From: an uncultured virus (IMG/VR IMGVR_UViG_3300035208_003226)
Lineage: Duplodnaviria; Heunggongvirae; Uroviricota; Caudoviricetes
Direction: 5' to 3' (one strand)
IMG/VR virus record: IMGVR_UViG_3300035208_003226
DNA: 20,000 nt
The notes below the pieces were generated by a model, which searched no databases, had not been told where the DNA came from, and saw nothing but the letters and a program-made list of their open reading frames with translations. Of the stretch, positions 1 to 9,203 are shown piece after piece. The position numbers and the translations under genes are program-made. Each line of letters starts with the position of its first letter. The first letter of the stretch is position 1.

Positions 1-1975
1 TACTATATCCCCATACTTCTTCACCAAACGTTTTATTTATAGGAACATCTACACATCTATCATCACTAATCCCATCTATAAACTTCCCACCTGAATATAC
101 CCAAACACTTCTTACAACTTCTGTTATATTACATACTACTGCTGTGCTGTTAATTGTATAACTCTGAATATTAGAAACATTATAATTCGTTAGAGTTCCA
201 TTTCCCCATGAATACCATTTGTAAGCATAAACTCCTCCAGAAGAAAAACTGTAGCTTGCATTAAATGTTGTAGCACTTCCTGAAACGTTTGAGGCAGTTG
301 TATTAACACCATTAATTTCTAATAAAACAGTCCCATTTGTATTCAAAACTGTTACATTGAATATTCCTGTTCCTGTATCAACTAATGTTCCATTGTTATC
401 CCAGTAAGAAGAAAACTGTGGATATTCTGTATCTGTAACTCCTGCATTATATTGGTCTGCTCCAACATCCCATGTTCCTGTTCTTGTTTCTCTATCTATA
501 TCATAATTAAATTTAAGATAAGGGTCTGCACTTAAATCTGTTCCATTTCCTCTTGCACAAGTGTCAGTAGAACTTAAATGAAAGTTTGAAGCATTCTCAT
601 TAAAAAAGGTTACATTACACCAAATTGGATTTAATCCCGGAGGCGTATCATGACTTGCAAGATTATTTGTTGAATCTGTAGTGTTGTAACTTGAATGATA
701 ACATTCTCCTGAAGCATTCTTACAAACATTATTCTTCAAAACTAAAACTACCGCAGTAACCCCATTTGTTCCTCTAAATCCATAATTTCCTCCATAAGCT
801 GTATTACTATAAACAAATGCTTTAGAAGCATTAAGCGTTCTAATTCCTGTGCTTCCTGATGCCTTAGAAAGATTGTATATTAAATTATTATAAATATAAT
901 AATTACCGTTTGGTCTTACCCCATTTATTCCATACTGATAATAAGCATAATTTGCGTGTCCAACTACAATATTATTGCTAATATTTATAAGATTATTATC
1001 TGCTAATGTTACATCAGAATTAATACCTGTTATTCCTGGTCTTGTTATGTTTGAAGTTCCAACTTGTAATCCATCTATAATAACATAATCTTCTGCTATT
1101 GTTACAACTGGACCTGAAACATTATTGTCATTATATACTCTATAAGCAGTTTGGCTAAATGTTCCATTATGTCTTGCTTCTCCTTCAGTATATATTTTAA
1201 CATAATCTGTTTCAGTAGTAGTCCATCCACTAACTGATATTCTTCCATTATCTACATTTGTCCAAATTCCACTAATATTTGCAATACAAGGACCTGTTCC
1301 AGTTAAGTTTGCTTGTTGAGCAGCTTCCCAAGTAGATAATTGTGAATAGTTACAACCAGATTCACAGATAGTAAACATTCCTGAACTTCCATGTAATTTC
1401 ATATCTTTTGGTCTATTTTCCCAGTCTACTAAAACTATTTTTTCAGAAATATTTGTTAAATATTTTATTATTGGAGCATGATAAGATTTGTCATTATAAG
1501 GAATATTTTTTAAATTATTTAATTCTTTTTTGTCTAAAAATGATTCAAGAGGAAGTCTATATTTTCTTTCAGTTAATATTTCATAACCGATAACTTTCTT
1601 TTCATTGGTTATAGGTGCAGAATAATTGTATTCGGGTTCAAGCCAAGAAGCATTCCATTCTGAAATTGGAATTTTAATAAGAGCAAAACTCATTGGGTCT
1701 AATTCTAAATTTCCCCATTTATATCCTTCTGGCTCTGCTACAATAATATAACCTTGTTTTGAACTTCCTGCTCGTTCTTCTTTTGTTGTTTCTAATGTTT
1801 TAGCAATTTCATTTCCTTTCAATAAATTAGTATCTGAAGTTTTTACAAGAAGTTCCATATATTTTGGACTATCATTATTAAAAAGATATATTCCCGAAGT
1901 TGTTACTGAAAGCACTGCTAATGAAACTAAACCTAATATTATCTTTTCTTTTTTACTTAACTTCTTTTTTATCAT
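1..1975 (-). CDS. Membrane-anchored beta-helix (pectin-lyase-like) surface protein with choice-of-anchor-Q-like motif and Ig-like domain; 3'-truncated, >658 aa
   Basis: Not in the ORF track because it runs off the window; translated by hand. ATG at 1975 overlaps the upstream TAA. N-terminus MIKKKLSKKEKIILGLVSLAVLSVTTSGIYLF is basic then hydrophobic. Beta-helix-like segments ISNNIV, IYNNLIY, VYSNTAY, LKNNVC; motif NFHLSSTDTCARGNG...DIDRETRTGTWDVGADQY; then DTEYPQF Ig-like unit. About 29 N-x-S/T sequons by manual count. Confidence 0.8.
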   Translation of the reverse strand, partial: MIKKKLSKKEKIILGLVSLAVLSVTTSGIYLFNNDSPKYMELLVKTSDTNLLKGNEIAKTLETTKEERAGSSKQGYIIVAEPEGYKWGNLELDPMSFALIKIPISEWNASWLEPEYNYSAPITNEKKVIGYEILTERKYRLPLESFLDKKELNNLKNIPYNDKSYHAPIIKYLTNISEKIVLVDWENRPKDMKLHGSSGMFTICESGCNYSQLSTWEAAQQANLTGTGPCIANISGIWTNVDNGRISVSGWTTTETDYVKIYTEGEARHNGTFSQTAYRVYNDNNVSGPVVTIAEDYVIIDGLQVGTSNITRPGITGINSDVTLADNNLINISNNIVVGHANYAYYQYGINGVRPNGNYYIYNNLIYNLSKASGSTGIRTLNASKAFVYSNTAYGGNYGFRGTNGVTAVVLVLKNNVCKNASGECYHSSYNTTDSTNNLASHDTPPGLNPIWCNVTFFNENASNFHLSSTDTCARGNGTDLSADPYLKFNYDIDRETRTGTWDVGADQYNAGVTDTEYPQFSSYWDNNGTLVDTGTGIFNVTVLNTNGTVLLEINGVNTTASNVSGSATTFNASYSFSSGGVYAYKWYSWGNGTLTNYNVSNIQSYTINSTAVVCNITEVVRSVWVYSGGKFIDGISDDRCVDVPINKTFGEEVWGYS

Positions 1976-3924
1976 TAAATATATCCTATTCTTAATGGAT
2001 AATTACCACTAACTTGTGCTCCAGAAATTATAAAAACAATATCTCCACTTGCTAAAAATGGTGTCATATAAGACAATCTTCCTATTCTTGGTAAATTTGA
2101 TAAAATTGTATATCCTTCGCTATCTCTTACTTCAAAATTATAAGAGCTTCCTGCACTTCCAATAATACTTATCCAATTTATTTCATTATTTAATGTGACT
2201 ACATGAGAACCAATATAAATATTTGCTGCTCCACCAGATACAATTAAACTTCCTGTATATGTTAATGGAGTTTTATTTACATGAAACGGAGATACTCCTT
2301 GCATTATACTTCCAACTCCAATTGGATTATAAGTTTGGATACTTCCACCTTTAATCCACTGTTCGCTTCCAGTAGTTAAACTTACTTCAACATTTGGTAT
2401 CGACCAAATACTTCCTGCTATTTGAACTGTATTAGTAACATCTATAAAAGATGTTCCAGAATACAAATGTATCGAGCCACCTTTTATCCATTGTTCAGAA
2501 CCAGCATTTGCTGTAACTGATGGCATACTCCAAATTGACCCTGCTGTTTGAACAACATTTGCAACATCAATATATGAAGTTCCCGAATAAAGATGAATAC
2601 TTCCACCCTTAATATAAGTCTCACTACCAGTGCTTACACTTATGTCTGGCATTGACCATATTGAACCTGCCATTTGCCATGGTGTTGTAATTTGAACTAC
2701 TTGTGCTCTAACACTTCCTATCATATCAGAAAAATAAGTTCCACTAACTCCAACAATTGGCATATTAACAATTGACCCTGCTACTCTATTTGGAATATCT
2801 ATATAACTTGTTCCTGAATATAAATGTATAGAACCTCCTTTAATCCAGCTTTCACTTCCTGCAGACACACTAACACTTGGCATACTCCATATAGAACCAG
2901 CAACTTGAGAAACGCCATCTAAACTTCCACCTTTAATATAAAACTCGCTTCCTACAGAAACATTAATAGAAGGCATATAAACAATGCTTCCTGCAACCAT
3001 ATTATAAACCTCAACACTTCCTGCTTTAATATAACTCTCACTTCCAACACTTACAGAAATACTTGGCATAGACCAAATACTACCTACACAACCAGTCCAA
3101 CTACCAATAGTTTCTGGACTTCTTATTCCTACTGTTCCACTAACAAGAACATTGCCACTAACAACCCAAGGATTTGTAATTTGAACATTCTGACTTCTAA
3201 CTGAACCAATCATATTTTGGAAATATGTTCCTGATACTCCAACAACATCTGGTAAATTTACTATACTTCCTGCAACTCTATTACTAACTTCAATAATTCC
3301 ACTAACGCCATATACATCGCCTTGATAAGCTTTACTTCCTTCATATAAATTTGTAACTACAACTGATGAACCTAAATCGCCAAAGTTCATAATATAATTT
3401 TCTGAACCAGTAGATACATTAATCGCAGGCATTGCTGTTATTGTAACACTACCCAATATATTACTAAATGCTGTTCCTGAAACTCCTACATTTCCGTCAA
3501 TAGTCTGTATCGAATAACTACCAATAGTCGAAGGACTATCAATTGTAATGTTTGGCATATTAACAATACTACCTGCTATACGAGTTGTTATATCAACTAT
3601 TCCTGATACACCAAATCTTTCTCCTTGCCAAACTTTACTACCAAGATATTGATTTGTAGCATAAATACTTCCTACTCCATAAACACTTATTGACCCACCC
3701 TTTATATAACTCTCCGAACCTGCACTAACACTAACTGCTGGCATAGAAACAATTGAGCCAGCTACTATATCATAAACAGAAACCGAACCACCTTTAATAT
3801 AAGTTTCACTTCCTGCTGCAATTGATACACTACCAATAGTAACTCCAGCAATATTAATACTACCGTCAGAATTAACAATCATTCCATATTGCGTTCCGCT
3901 TGCACTTATAATCTGCTCTGCCAT
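1975..3924 (-). CDS. Gly/Ser/Val/Ile-rich tandem-repeat protein (649 aa), probable virion fibre or decoration protein
   Basis: About 11 copies of (A)GSI(V/W)(S/N)MP, about 9 of GSEx(Y/W)IKGGS and 3 of GGSIHLYSGTS(Y/F)ID; lies downstream of the portal gene. Confidence 0.65.
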   Translation of the reverse strand: MAEQIISASGTQYGMIVNSDGSINIAGVTIGSVSIAAGSETYIKGGSVSVYDIVAGSIVSMPAVSVSAGSESYIKGGSISVYGVGSIYATNQYLGSKVWQGERFGVSGIVDITTRIAGSIVNMPNITIDSPSTIGSYSIQTIDGNVGVSGTAFSNILGSVTITAMPAINVSTGSENYIMNFGDLGSSVVVTNLYEGSKAYQGDVYGVSGIIEVSNRVAGSIVNLPDVVGVSGTYFQNMIGSVRSQNVQITNPWVVSGNVLVSGTVGIRSPETIGSWTGCVGSIWSMPSISVSVGSESYIKAGSVEVYNMVAGSIVYMPSINVSVGSEFYIKGGSLDGVSQVAGSIWSMPSVSVSAGSESWIKGGSIHLYSGTSYIDIPNRVAGSIVNMPIVGVSGTYFSDMIGSVRAQVVQITTPWQMAGSIWSMPDISVSTGSETYIKGGSIHLYSGTSYIDVANVVQTAGSIWSMPSVTANAGSEQWIKGGSIHLYSGTSFIDVTNTVQIAGSIWSIPNVEVSLTTGSEQWIKGGSIQTYNPIGVGSIMQGVSPFHVNKTPLTYTGSLIVSGGAANIYIGSHVVTLNNEINWISIIGSAGSSYNFEVRDSEGYTILSNLPRIGRLSYMTPFLASGDIVFIISGAQVSGNYPLRIGYI

Positions 3925-4173
3925 TTATTCGTTCTCCTTTAATTTATTATTTAACATCATTATCTCTCCAAGTAATAACCAAAGCAAATAATTTGTAACA
4001 CTTGCATCGCCATAATAAAAATTTGGTTTAACTAAATTCTTATCATTAACTTGTTCTCCAATCAATTGCATATCATCCATAAATTTTTGAATATTCAAAT
4101 CGGTTCTATCTATAACTTCTTCTTGCATATTTTCTACTTCATCTACAGTTTCTATTTCTTTTATTTCTTCCAT
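3925..4173 (-). CDS. Hypothetical acidic protein (82 aa)
   Basis: Abuts both neighbours; Glu/Asp-rich N-terminus and a hydrophobic helix (NYLLWLLLGEIMML). Confidence 0.7.
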   Translation of the reverse strand: MEEIKEIETVDEVENMQEEVIDRTDLNIQKFMDDMQLIGEQVNDKNLVKPNFYYGDASVTNYLLWLLLGEIMMLNNKLKENE

Positions 4174-4174
4174 T

Positions 4175-4213
4175 TTACTTTCCTTTTCCCTTTTTTCCGC
4201 CTTTACATCCCAT
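4175..4213 (-). CDS. Putative 12-aa basic micropeptide MGCKGGKKGKGK
   Basis: GGAGGT RBS upstream; ATG immediately follows the previous stop; the ORF fills the gap between two genes. Confidence 0.45.
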   Translation of the reverse strand: MGCKGGKKGKGK

Positions 4214-4549
4214 TTAACTTAAACCTCCCTCATTAATATTTATAAACTCTCCATGTTGCTTTTGTCTTCTTGTGCTTGCACGAAATCCTCTTCTTGTTAA
4301 TTTTTCCTTATCTTTATGACATTCTATATCTGCTCTTGTTCCTTGTAATTCGTTTTCTGAACCTTGTCTTAATACTTCTTGCGGACCTTTAACTACCAAA
4401 TTTCCATTTCCATCTTCATAACTTCCCACAACTACTACATCTTCTTGGTCTAATGCTAAGTTTCCTGAATTGCATTCGTGAACATAATCTGTTATTCCAA
4501 ATCCAATAATATACCTTTCATGACAACGAGGACAATATTTAATTACCAT
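4214..4549 (-). CDS. Hypothetical zinc-ribbon protein (111 aa)
   Basis: CPRC...HEC metal-binding pattern at the N-terminus; GGAGG RBS. Confidence 0.7.
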   Translation of the reverse strand: MVIKYCPRCHERYIIGFGITDYVHECNSGNLALDQEDVVVVGSYEDGNGNLVVKGPQEVLRQGSENELQGTRADIECHKDKEKLTRRGFRASTRRQKQHGEFININEGGLS

Positions 4550-4691
4550 TTAATTCCTCCACTTCTTTATTCTTTTCTTTATTTTGTTTTTCCATTATTT
4601 TTAAATAACAATATCCACAAATCCACTTTTCACCATAAAGTAATAATGCTCTTTTATCACATCCTTTAACTTCACATTTAATTTCCTGCAT
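4539..4691 (-). CDS. Small zinc-finger protein (about 50 aa)
   Basis: CEVKGC...CGYC. Start trimmed from the track's 4856, which overlaps the portal gene; true start uncertain. Confidence 0.6.
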   Translation of the reverse strand: MQEIKCEVKGCDKRALLLYGEKWICGYCYLKIMEKQNKEKNKEVEELNGN

Positions 4692-4719
4692 TTGGTAATA
4701 TATAAACCTCTTTTTGCAT

Positions 4720-6924
4720 TTATTTAACCTCCACAACAGGGACATATGTGCATCTACACATTGGATGTAAAGGCATTTGTTCTTCGCTACCAATATCAAA
4801 TATACGTCCATGTAAAGATTCACAATCAGGACAAGTTCTTTCTCCATAACTTGCAACCCATTCTACTTTATTAATTCCGTTTTCTTTATAATAATCAAGA
4901 GCACCCATATTTGCCAATCTTGTAATCTCACTTCTTACAATTGTCACACTTCTGTTTTCTTTTGACTTTTGTAATATTGGCAAACCACTAACACCTTTTT
5001 TAATATCTCCTTCTTCAGTCATTCTATATAAATCTTTTAATTGTAATTTCTTATCAACCTCATCTGCAATATCTTTTATACTTGCCCCATTTTTAAATCC
5101 TTTTTCTAATATCGCTTTTAATTCTGTTATTTGTGTGTCAGATAAATATCCTGCTAATCTTTCTGTTTCATTACTTGCTCTAATTAATCCAAAATCATAA
5201 TTTTCTATATTTGCTAAAATAAACTTTATATAATCTTTATATTTGAATCCCAACCATTCTTCAATATCGTTAACATCATTAAAACTTTCTTGGCAATGTG
5301 GACATTCTTTTTCATATTCATAATTATGTTTCATATGTTTAAACATTGCCATTCGTGTTAATGCCTTTTTTGCTTCATCTTCACTATCATAAGTTCCCAA
5401 CACCTTTCCTGTTTGATGACTTATCACTTGCCATTTACTACCTGCTTTTCTAACAAATTCTTTTAGCTCATCAACATTATCAATATCCGTGCTTTCTTTT
5501 TTTAAAACCTTTTTACTTGGCACTATATTTTTCTTAACTATTTTTTTTACTTTCTTTTTTTCTAACTTTACAGGTTCGTTTTTAACAACTGGTTTTTGCG
5601 GTATATGAGCATTTTGTCCAGGAACAACTGGTTGTGATAACGCTTCTTCTCTTTTTCTTAATTCTTCTTGCTCCGCCTTTAATTCTTCCCATTTATCTTT
5701 ATCTAACTTCATTATATTAATTAATTCATCTTCCAATATTTCTTTAATTGCAAATCCTGCTGCAGGAGATTTAATCAAATCGCTAATCAACTTTAATCTT
5801 CCTTCAACTTCCATAACACTTGGTGTTCCCCATTCAAATTCTACATGTATATCAAATCCGTTCGCATTAAGTATTCTCTTAAAAATCTTTTCTTCAATAA
5901 CTTTTTCTATTTCAGCTTGCATAGATTGTATTCTTCTTTGGAATCCTTCTAACTGAACTTTTGCAAGTCCTTCAGGAATATTAGCCATTCCCATAAGAAC
6001 AGCAGGTATTTGAAAGTCGTAAATTAATTTCTCAATATCATAACGCAATATACTATCAAACTTATCACCAATTTTTCCAAAATCAACAACACTTAAATCA
6101 ACTAAATCATCTGTTGCCCAATCAGTCTTATTATCCATTGTTTCCATCTTCTGACCAAATGCAACAACATCTTCAGGTTTAGGAATAATTTTAACATTGC
6201 CATCTACCTTACCCAACTTAGCATGTAAAGGACTATTAGCTTTTCTATTTTGAATCTGATGACAATCTTTTTCATTCTGTAATAAATGGTCTATATCTCG
6301 CATAGAACTAACACCTATTCCTATTCCATAAGCACCATCACCAACAATATTAAATGGAATATGTGCAATTTCTACTGATGTAAAAGGAACAATCTTCGTT
6401 TTATCCAACTTATTAAATGCACCTGTATATTGATTATAACCCTCAACGTTTCCTAACTTATCTCTAACCACATACATATAATTTGCATTAAGCACCTTTA
6501 ATCCATCAATACCCTTATCAACAGTTCCTCCAATCTCAAGAAATCCATTGCCTTTAACTAACGCTTCTTTACACCATTGTCTAAGCAATGTATCAAATCC
6601 GACATCTTGTATAAAATCTTCTATAATCTTTTTTGCTTGTTCATTCTCACAAACGATATAAAATCCTGGTCCAACAATATAATCTATATACTTGTCAACA
6701 ACAGCAGTAAAAAAACCAAATCTCTTATAAAGTTCTTCCATCTGTTTAAAATCGAATGGATGTTCTTCCCCTAACTCCTGTGGAAACTTAATTGTCTTTA
6801 ATTCCGACTGTCCTTTAAACTGTTCTGTTAAATGTAAGAAGTTTTCTGAAAGACTCGGTTTATATTCTAAATCTACAATTCCTGTATTTTCTTTTATTAT
6901 CTTATTTCTATTCCAAAATGCCAT
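4720..6924 (-). CDS. Portal protein fused to MuF / SPP1 gp7-type minor head protein
   Basis: N-terminal ~420 aa are portal-like (WCKEALVKGNGFLEI, GAYGIG, FQIPAVLMG). C-terminus has MuF motifs IVRSEITR, WVASYGERTCPDC, PLHPMCRC. Follows TerL. Start moved to ATG 6924 behind an AGGTGAT RBS. Confidence 0.88.
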   Translation of the reverse strand: MAFWNRNKIIKENTGIVDLEYKPSLSENFLHLTEQFKGQSELKTIKFPQELGEEHPFDFKQMEELYKRFGFFTAVVDKYIDYIVGPGFYIVCENEQAKKIIEDFIQDVGFDTLLRQWCKEALVKGNGFLEIGGTVDKGIDGLKVLNANYMYVVRDKLGNVEGYNQYTGAFNKLDKTKIVPFTSVEIAHIPFNIVGDGAYGIGIGVSSMRDIDHLLQNEKDCHQIQNRKANSPLHAKLGKVDGNVKIIPKPEDVVAFGQKMETMDNKTDWATDDLVDLSVVDFGKIGDKFDSILRYDIEKLIYDFQIPAVLMGMANIPEGLAKVQLEGFQRRIQSMQAEIEKVIEEKIFKRILNANGFDIHVEFEWGTPSVMEVEGRLKLISDLIKSPAAGFAIKEILEDELINIMKLDKDKWEELKAEQEELRKREEALSQPVVPGQNAHIPQKPVVKNEPVKLEKKKVKKIVKKNIVPSKKVLKKESTDIDNVDELKEFVRKAGSKWQVISHQTGKVLGTYDSEDEAKKALTRMAMFKHMKHNYEYEKECPHCQESFNDVNDIEEWLGFKYKDYIKFILANIENYDFGLIRASNETERLAGYLSDTQITELKAILEKGFKNGASIKDIADEVDKKLQLKDLYRMTEEGDIKKGVSGLPILQKSKENRSVTIVRSEITRLANMGALDYYKENGINKVEWVASYGERTCPDCESLHGRIFDIGSEEQMPLHPMCRCTYVPVVEVK

Positions 6925-6947
6925 TAAAAGCAATCACCTGCCAAGTT

Positions 6948-7003
6948 ATAATATATACAATACTAAATTTTATTTAAATATGTATATTTTTATATTATAT
7001 AAT
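6948..7003 (-). promoter_or_regulatory. Archaeal-type promoter (TTTAAATA-N8-TATTGTATATATTAT) plus ATTATATAAT palindrome
   Basis: TATA-like box in 6971-6979; 15-mer 6948-6962 is identical to 7480-7494 at the same spacing; palindrome at 6994-7003. Confidence 0.65.
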
Positions 7004-7287
7004 TAATACTTAGAACTATTCCTAATAAAAAAGCAATACCAATGAACTATTCCAATTATAAATATAACACTTAAACTAACTGCCCAAGCATTATTTTCTT
7101 CTTTTTCTCTATATTCATCTGTGACTGTTAAATTATTATAATACAAAACCATTTGAGCATTACCATTCTGACAATTTCCAATACAAATTCCTTGTGGAAC
7201 TCCATTATGTAAATGATAAACCTCATGAAGAGCAAAAAGCAAAAAAATATACCCAAATACCACAAGCACTTTTCCTATAATTGTCAT
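7003..7287 (-). CDS. Small two-TM membrane protein with HExxH motif
   Basis: Hydrophobic N-terminal helix ending in LHEVYH; second hydrophobic helix at the C-terminus. Confidence 0.65.
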   Translation of the reverse strand: MTIIGKVLVVFGYIFLLFALHEVYHLHNGVPQGICIGNCQNGNAQMVLYYNNLTVTDEYREKEENNAWAVSLSVIFIIGIVHWYCFFIRNSSKY

Positions 7288-7481
7288 TATTCAAATACCT
7301 CTTTCAATACATCTTCTTTCGCTTTCTTAACTCTTGGAATATTAACTAATAAATTGCTTATATCTTCGTTTGTTTGTTCTTGTTTCTCCATCCACTTCTT
7401 TCTACAATCTGGACACAATCCAGTAGTACAATCTATAGTATCTTCATTTCCACATTCTTCACATTCACTTACTATTTCCAT
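7287..7481 (-). CDS. Small zinc-ribbon protein (64 aa)
   Basis: CEEC...CPDC; TAATG overlap with the next gene; probably leaderless behind a TATA box. Confidence 0.7.
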   Translation of the reverse strand: MEIVSECEECGNEDTIDCTTGLCPDCRKKWMEKQEQTNEDISNLLVNIPRVKKAKEDVLKEVFE

Positions 7482-7544
7482 AATATATACAATATATATT
7501 AGTATTTAAATCTTTTGGTTTCTAAAAATCGATAATTATATAAT
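7480..7544 (-). promoter_or_regulatory. Archaeal-type promoter (purine-rich BRE-like AAAAG, TTTAAATA, conserved 15-mer) plus ATTATATAAT palindrome
   Basis: Minus strand reads AAAAGATTTAAATACTAATATATATTGTATATATTATG; palindrome at 7535-7544. Confidence 0.65.
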
Positions 7545-7576
7545 CAAAACCTTTATAAAGCCATTTTTAACCCAAA

Positions 7577-8866
7577 TTAAGCTAACATCGGTCTATAATT
7601 ACCCTCATCTTTACATGCCCAACATGCCAATGCTAATGCATCTGGATAATCATCGTGCCCTCTCTCACTATGATGTAACTTCATTCCACCACTACTCGTC
7701 AACTCATATCTTAAATCCAACAACTGATAAACCAACTTTCTATGATTCGGAAACTTAATCTTTCCCTGCTCCATCAACTTCTTCAAATTACTATAAATAT
7801 CCATCTTACTCTGCAAAGTAAATACCAATGCATCAACCCTATAATCATCATGTCCATCACCACCCAAACTCTCAGCCAACCAATCGCTTGGTCCACTTCC
7901 CATACCCGTTTTATCCAATAATATCTTATTATATCCATACTTCTCATCTAACTCTACACATTTTCCTACAACCTCTCTCGGCTTATTCTTTTCGTAATTG
8001 CTAATATCAACCACTCTAAATTCGCCACCACAACTCAACAAACTTATAAAAACGCTTTCATCCTCGCCTTCACCAGCAATATCAACCCCCAATCCATAAT
8101 CGTGTTTTGGTATCTTCGCTTCAGGAAGATTATACTCTTCAATACAATTCTGTATAACCTCATACTTGAAATAACAATCTGCATCTTCTATAAACTTCGC
8201 TTCATATTCTGTTGCAAATTCCATCTCAGTCAAATTCTTTCTCTGCTCTTCAATAAACTCTTTTGTTATCTGTCCACAAGCAACTGGAAATGTCCAATCA
8301 TAATCAAATAACTTATATTGTGTTTCCGAACCATGAGCACTTTCCCAAAAATGATTCTTTCCTTTGCCTGTTCCAATTTTTATAATCTGCCCATCTGTTG
8401 ATGCTATCATCGGCATTATAACCTCGTTAACAATACTGTCCTTAATTCCTTCTGCTTCTTCTAACACCACAGTCTTTCCTGTGAATCCTCTTATTGTATC
8501 TCCATTTGGTCCAACTGGTAATGATAATATTCTGCTACCATTTTCAAAAACCATTTCAGTTTGTGTAGATATTTTTATAAATCTCGCAAATATTTTCGAA
8601 TTGCTAACTAAATTTCTAATCTTACTATACAATTCAGAACTCTGTTTTTGTGTAGGAGCAAAAATCAAAAATGTATAATTACTTTCTGTAAGGCATTTAT
8701 AAACCGCATAAGCACTTACACTTGTAGACTTACCACTCTGTCTGCACCAAACTCCAACAACTCTTTTGTTCTTACAACATTCTTTGAGAAAATCTTGTTG
8801 ATATTTATAAGGATAAAAATTAAAAAAACACTCAACAAAATCTATTATCTCATTTTCATCTTCCAT
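7577..8866 (-). CDS. terL: Terminase large subunit
   Basis: PYKYQ adenine-binding motif, Walker A CRQSGKS, Walker B VVLEEA, coupling motif GTG, RNase H-like nuclease motifs GVDIAGEGED, LDKTGMG, HDDYPDALALA. Confidence 0.95.
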   Translation of the reverse strand: MEDENEIIDFVECFFNFYPYKYQQDFLKECCKNKRVVGVWCRQSGKSTSVSAYAVYKCLTESNYTFLIFAPTQKQSSELYSKIRNLVSNSKIFARFIKISTQTEMVFENGSRILSLPVGPNGDTIRGFTGKTVVLEEAEGIKDSIVNEVIMPMIASTDGQIIKIGTGKGKNHFWESAHGSETQYKLFDYDWTFPVACGQITKEFIEEQRKNLTEMEFATEYEAKFIEDADCYFKYEVIQNCIEEYNLPEAKIPKHDYGLGVDIAGEGEDESVFISLLSCGGEFRVVDISNYEKNKPREVVGKCVELDEKYGYNKILLDKTGMGSGPSDWLAESLGGDGHDDYRVDALVFTLQSKMDIYSNLKKLMEQGKIKFPNHRKLVYQLLDLRYELTSSGGMKLHHSERGHDDYPDALALACWACKDEGNYRPMLA

Positions 8867-8875
8867 AATTCACTC

Positions 8876-8932
8876 TTACTTCTTTTTTTGTTTTTTCAGT
8901 TTTGACTTAATCTTTTTCTTTTTTTCTACCAT
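8876..8932 (-). CDS. Putative 18-aa lysine-rich micropeptide MVEKKKKIKSKLKKQKKK
   Basis: GGAGG RBS at 8941-8945; fills the gap between the HNH gene and terL. Confidence 0.45.
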   Translation of the reverse strand: MVEKKKKIKSKLKKQKKK

Positions 8933-8954
8933 TTAATTTCCCTCCCATTTATTA

Positions 8955-9203
8955 TTACCATTCGCCGTATTCTCCATAATCGTCTTCCTCTTTATTGTGT
9001 GCCTCTTTATGGCACGTTGAACATAACGGAATAACATCTTCATATAGCACCTCGAATCCTAAATTCTCGTAACTCAAATGATGCAACTCTGTTGCTTTCT
9101 CACCGCAATTAAAACATTCCCAATTTGCTTCATCCATCATCTCCTTTCTTCTTTCTCGCCAGTCTTCCGAACAAATATATAAAATATATTCATCTTTTTC
9201 CAA
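8955..9203 (-). CDS. HNH endonuclease, terminase-associated type
   Basis: CFNC...LHHLSY...LCSTCHKEAH; adjacent to terL. Confidence 0.85.
   Translation of the reverse strand: MEKDEYILYICSEDWRERRKEMMDEANWECFNCGEKATELHHLSYENLGFEVLYEDVIPLCSTCHKEAHNKEEDDYGEYGEW

Noticed and set aside
1975..3924. Diversity-generating retroelement TR/VR pair or ice-nucleation protein
   Set aside because: No reverse transcriptase in the window, no adenine-specific variation noticed, and the repeats lack the regular AGYGST periodicity.
4692..4856. N-terminal extensions in the ORF track (also 11628-11666, 13474-13512, 13629-13709)
   Set aside because: They overlap neighbouring genes or promoters; downstream ATGs fit the gene packing better and most have an RBS or stop/start overlap.
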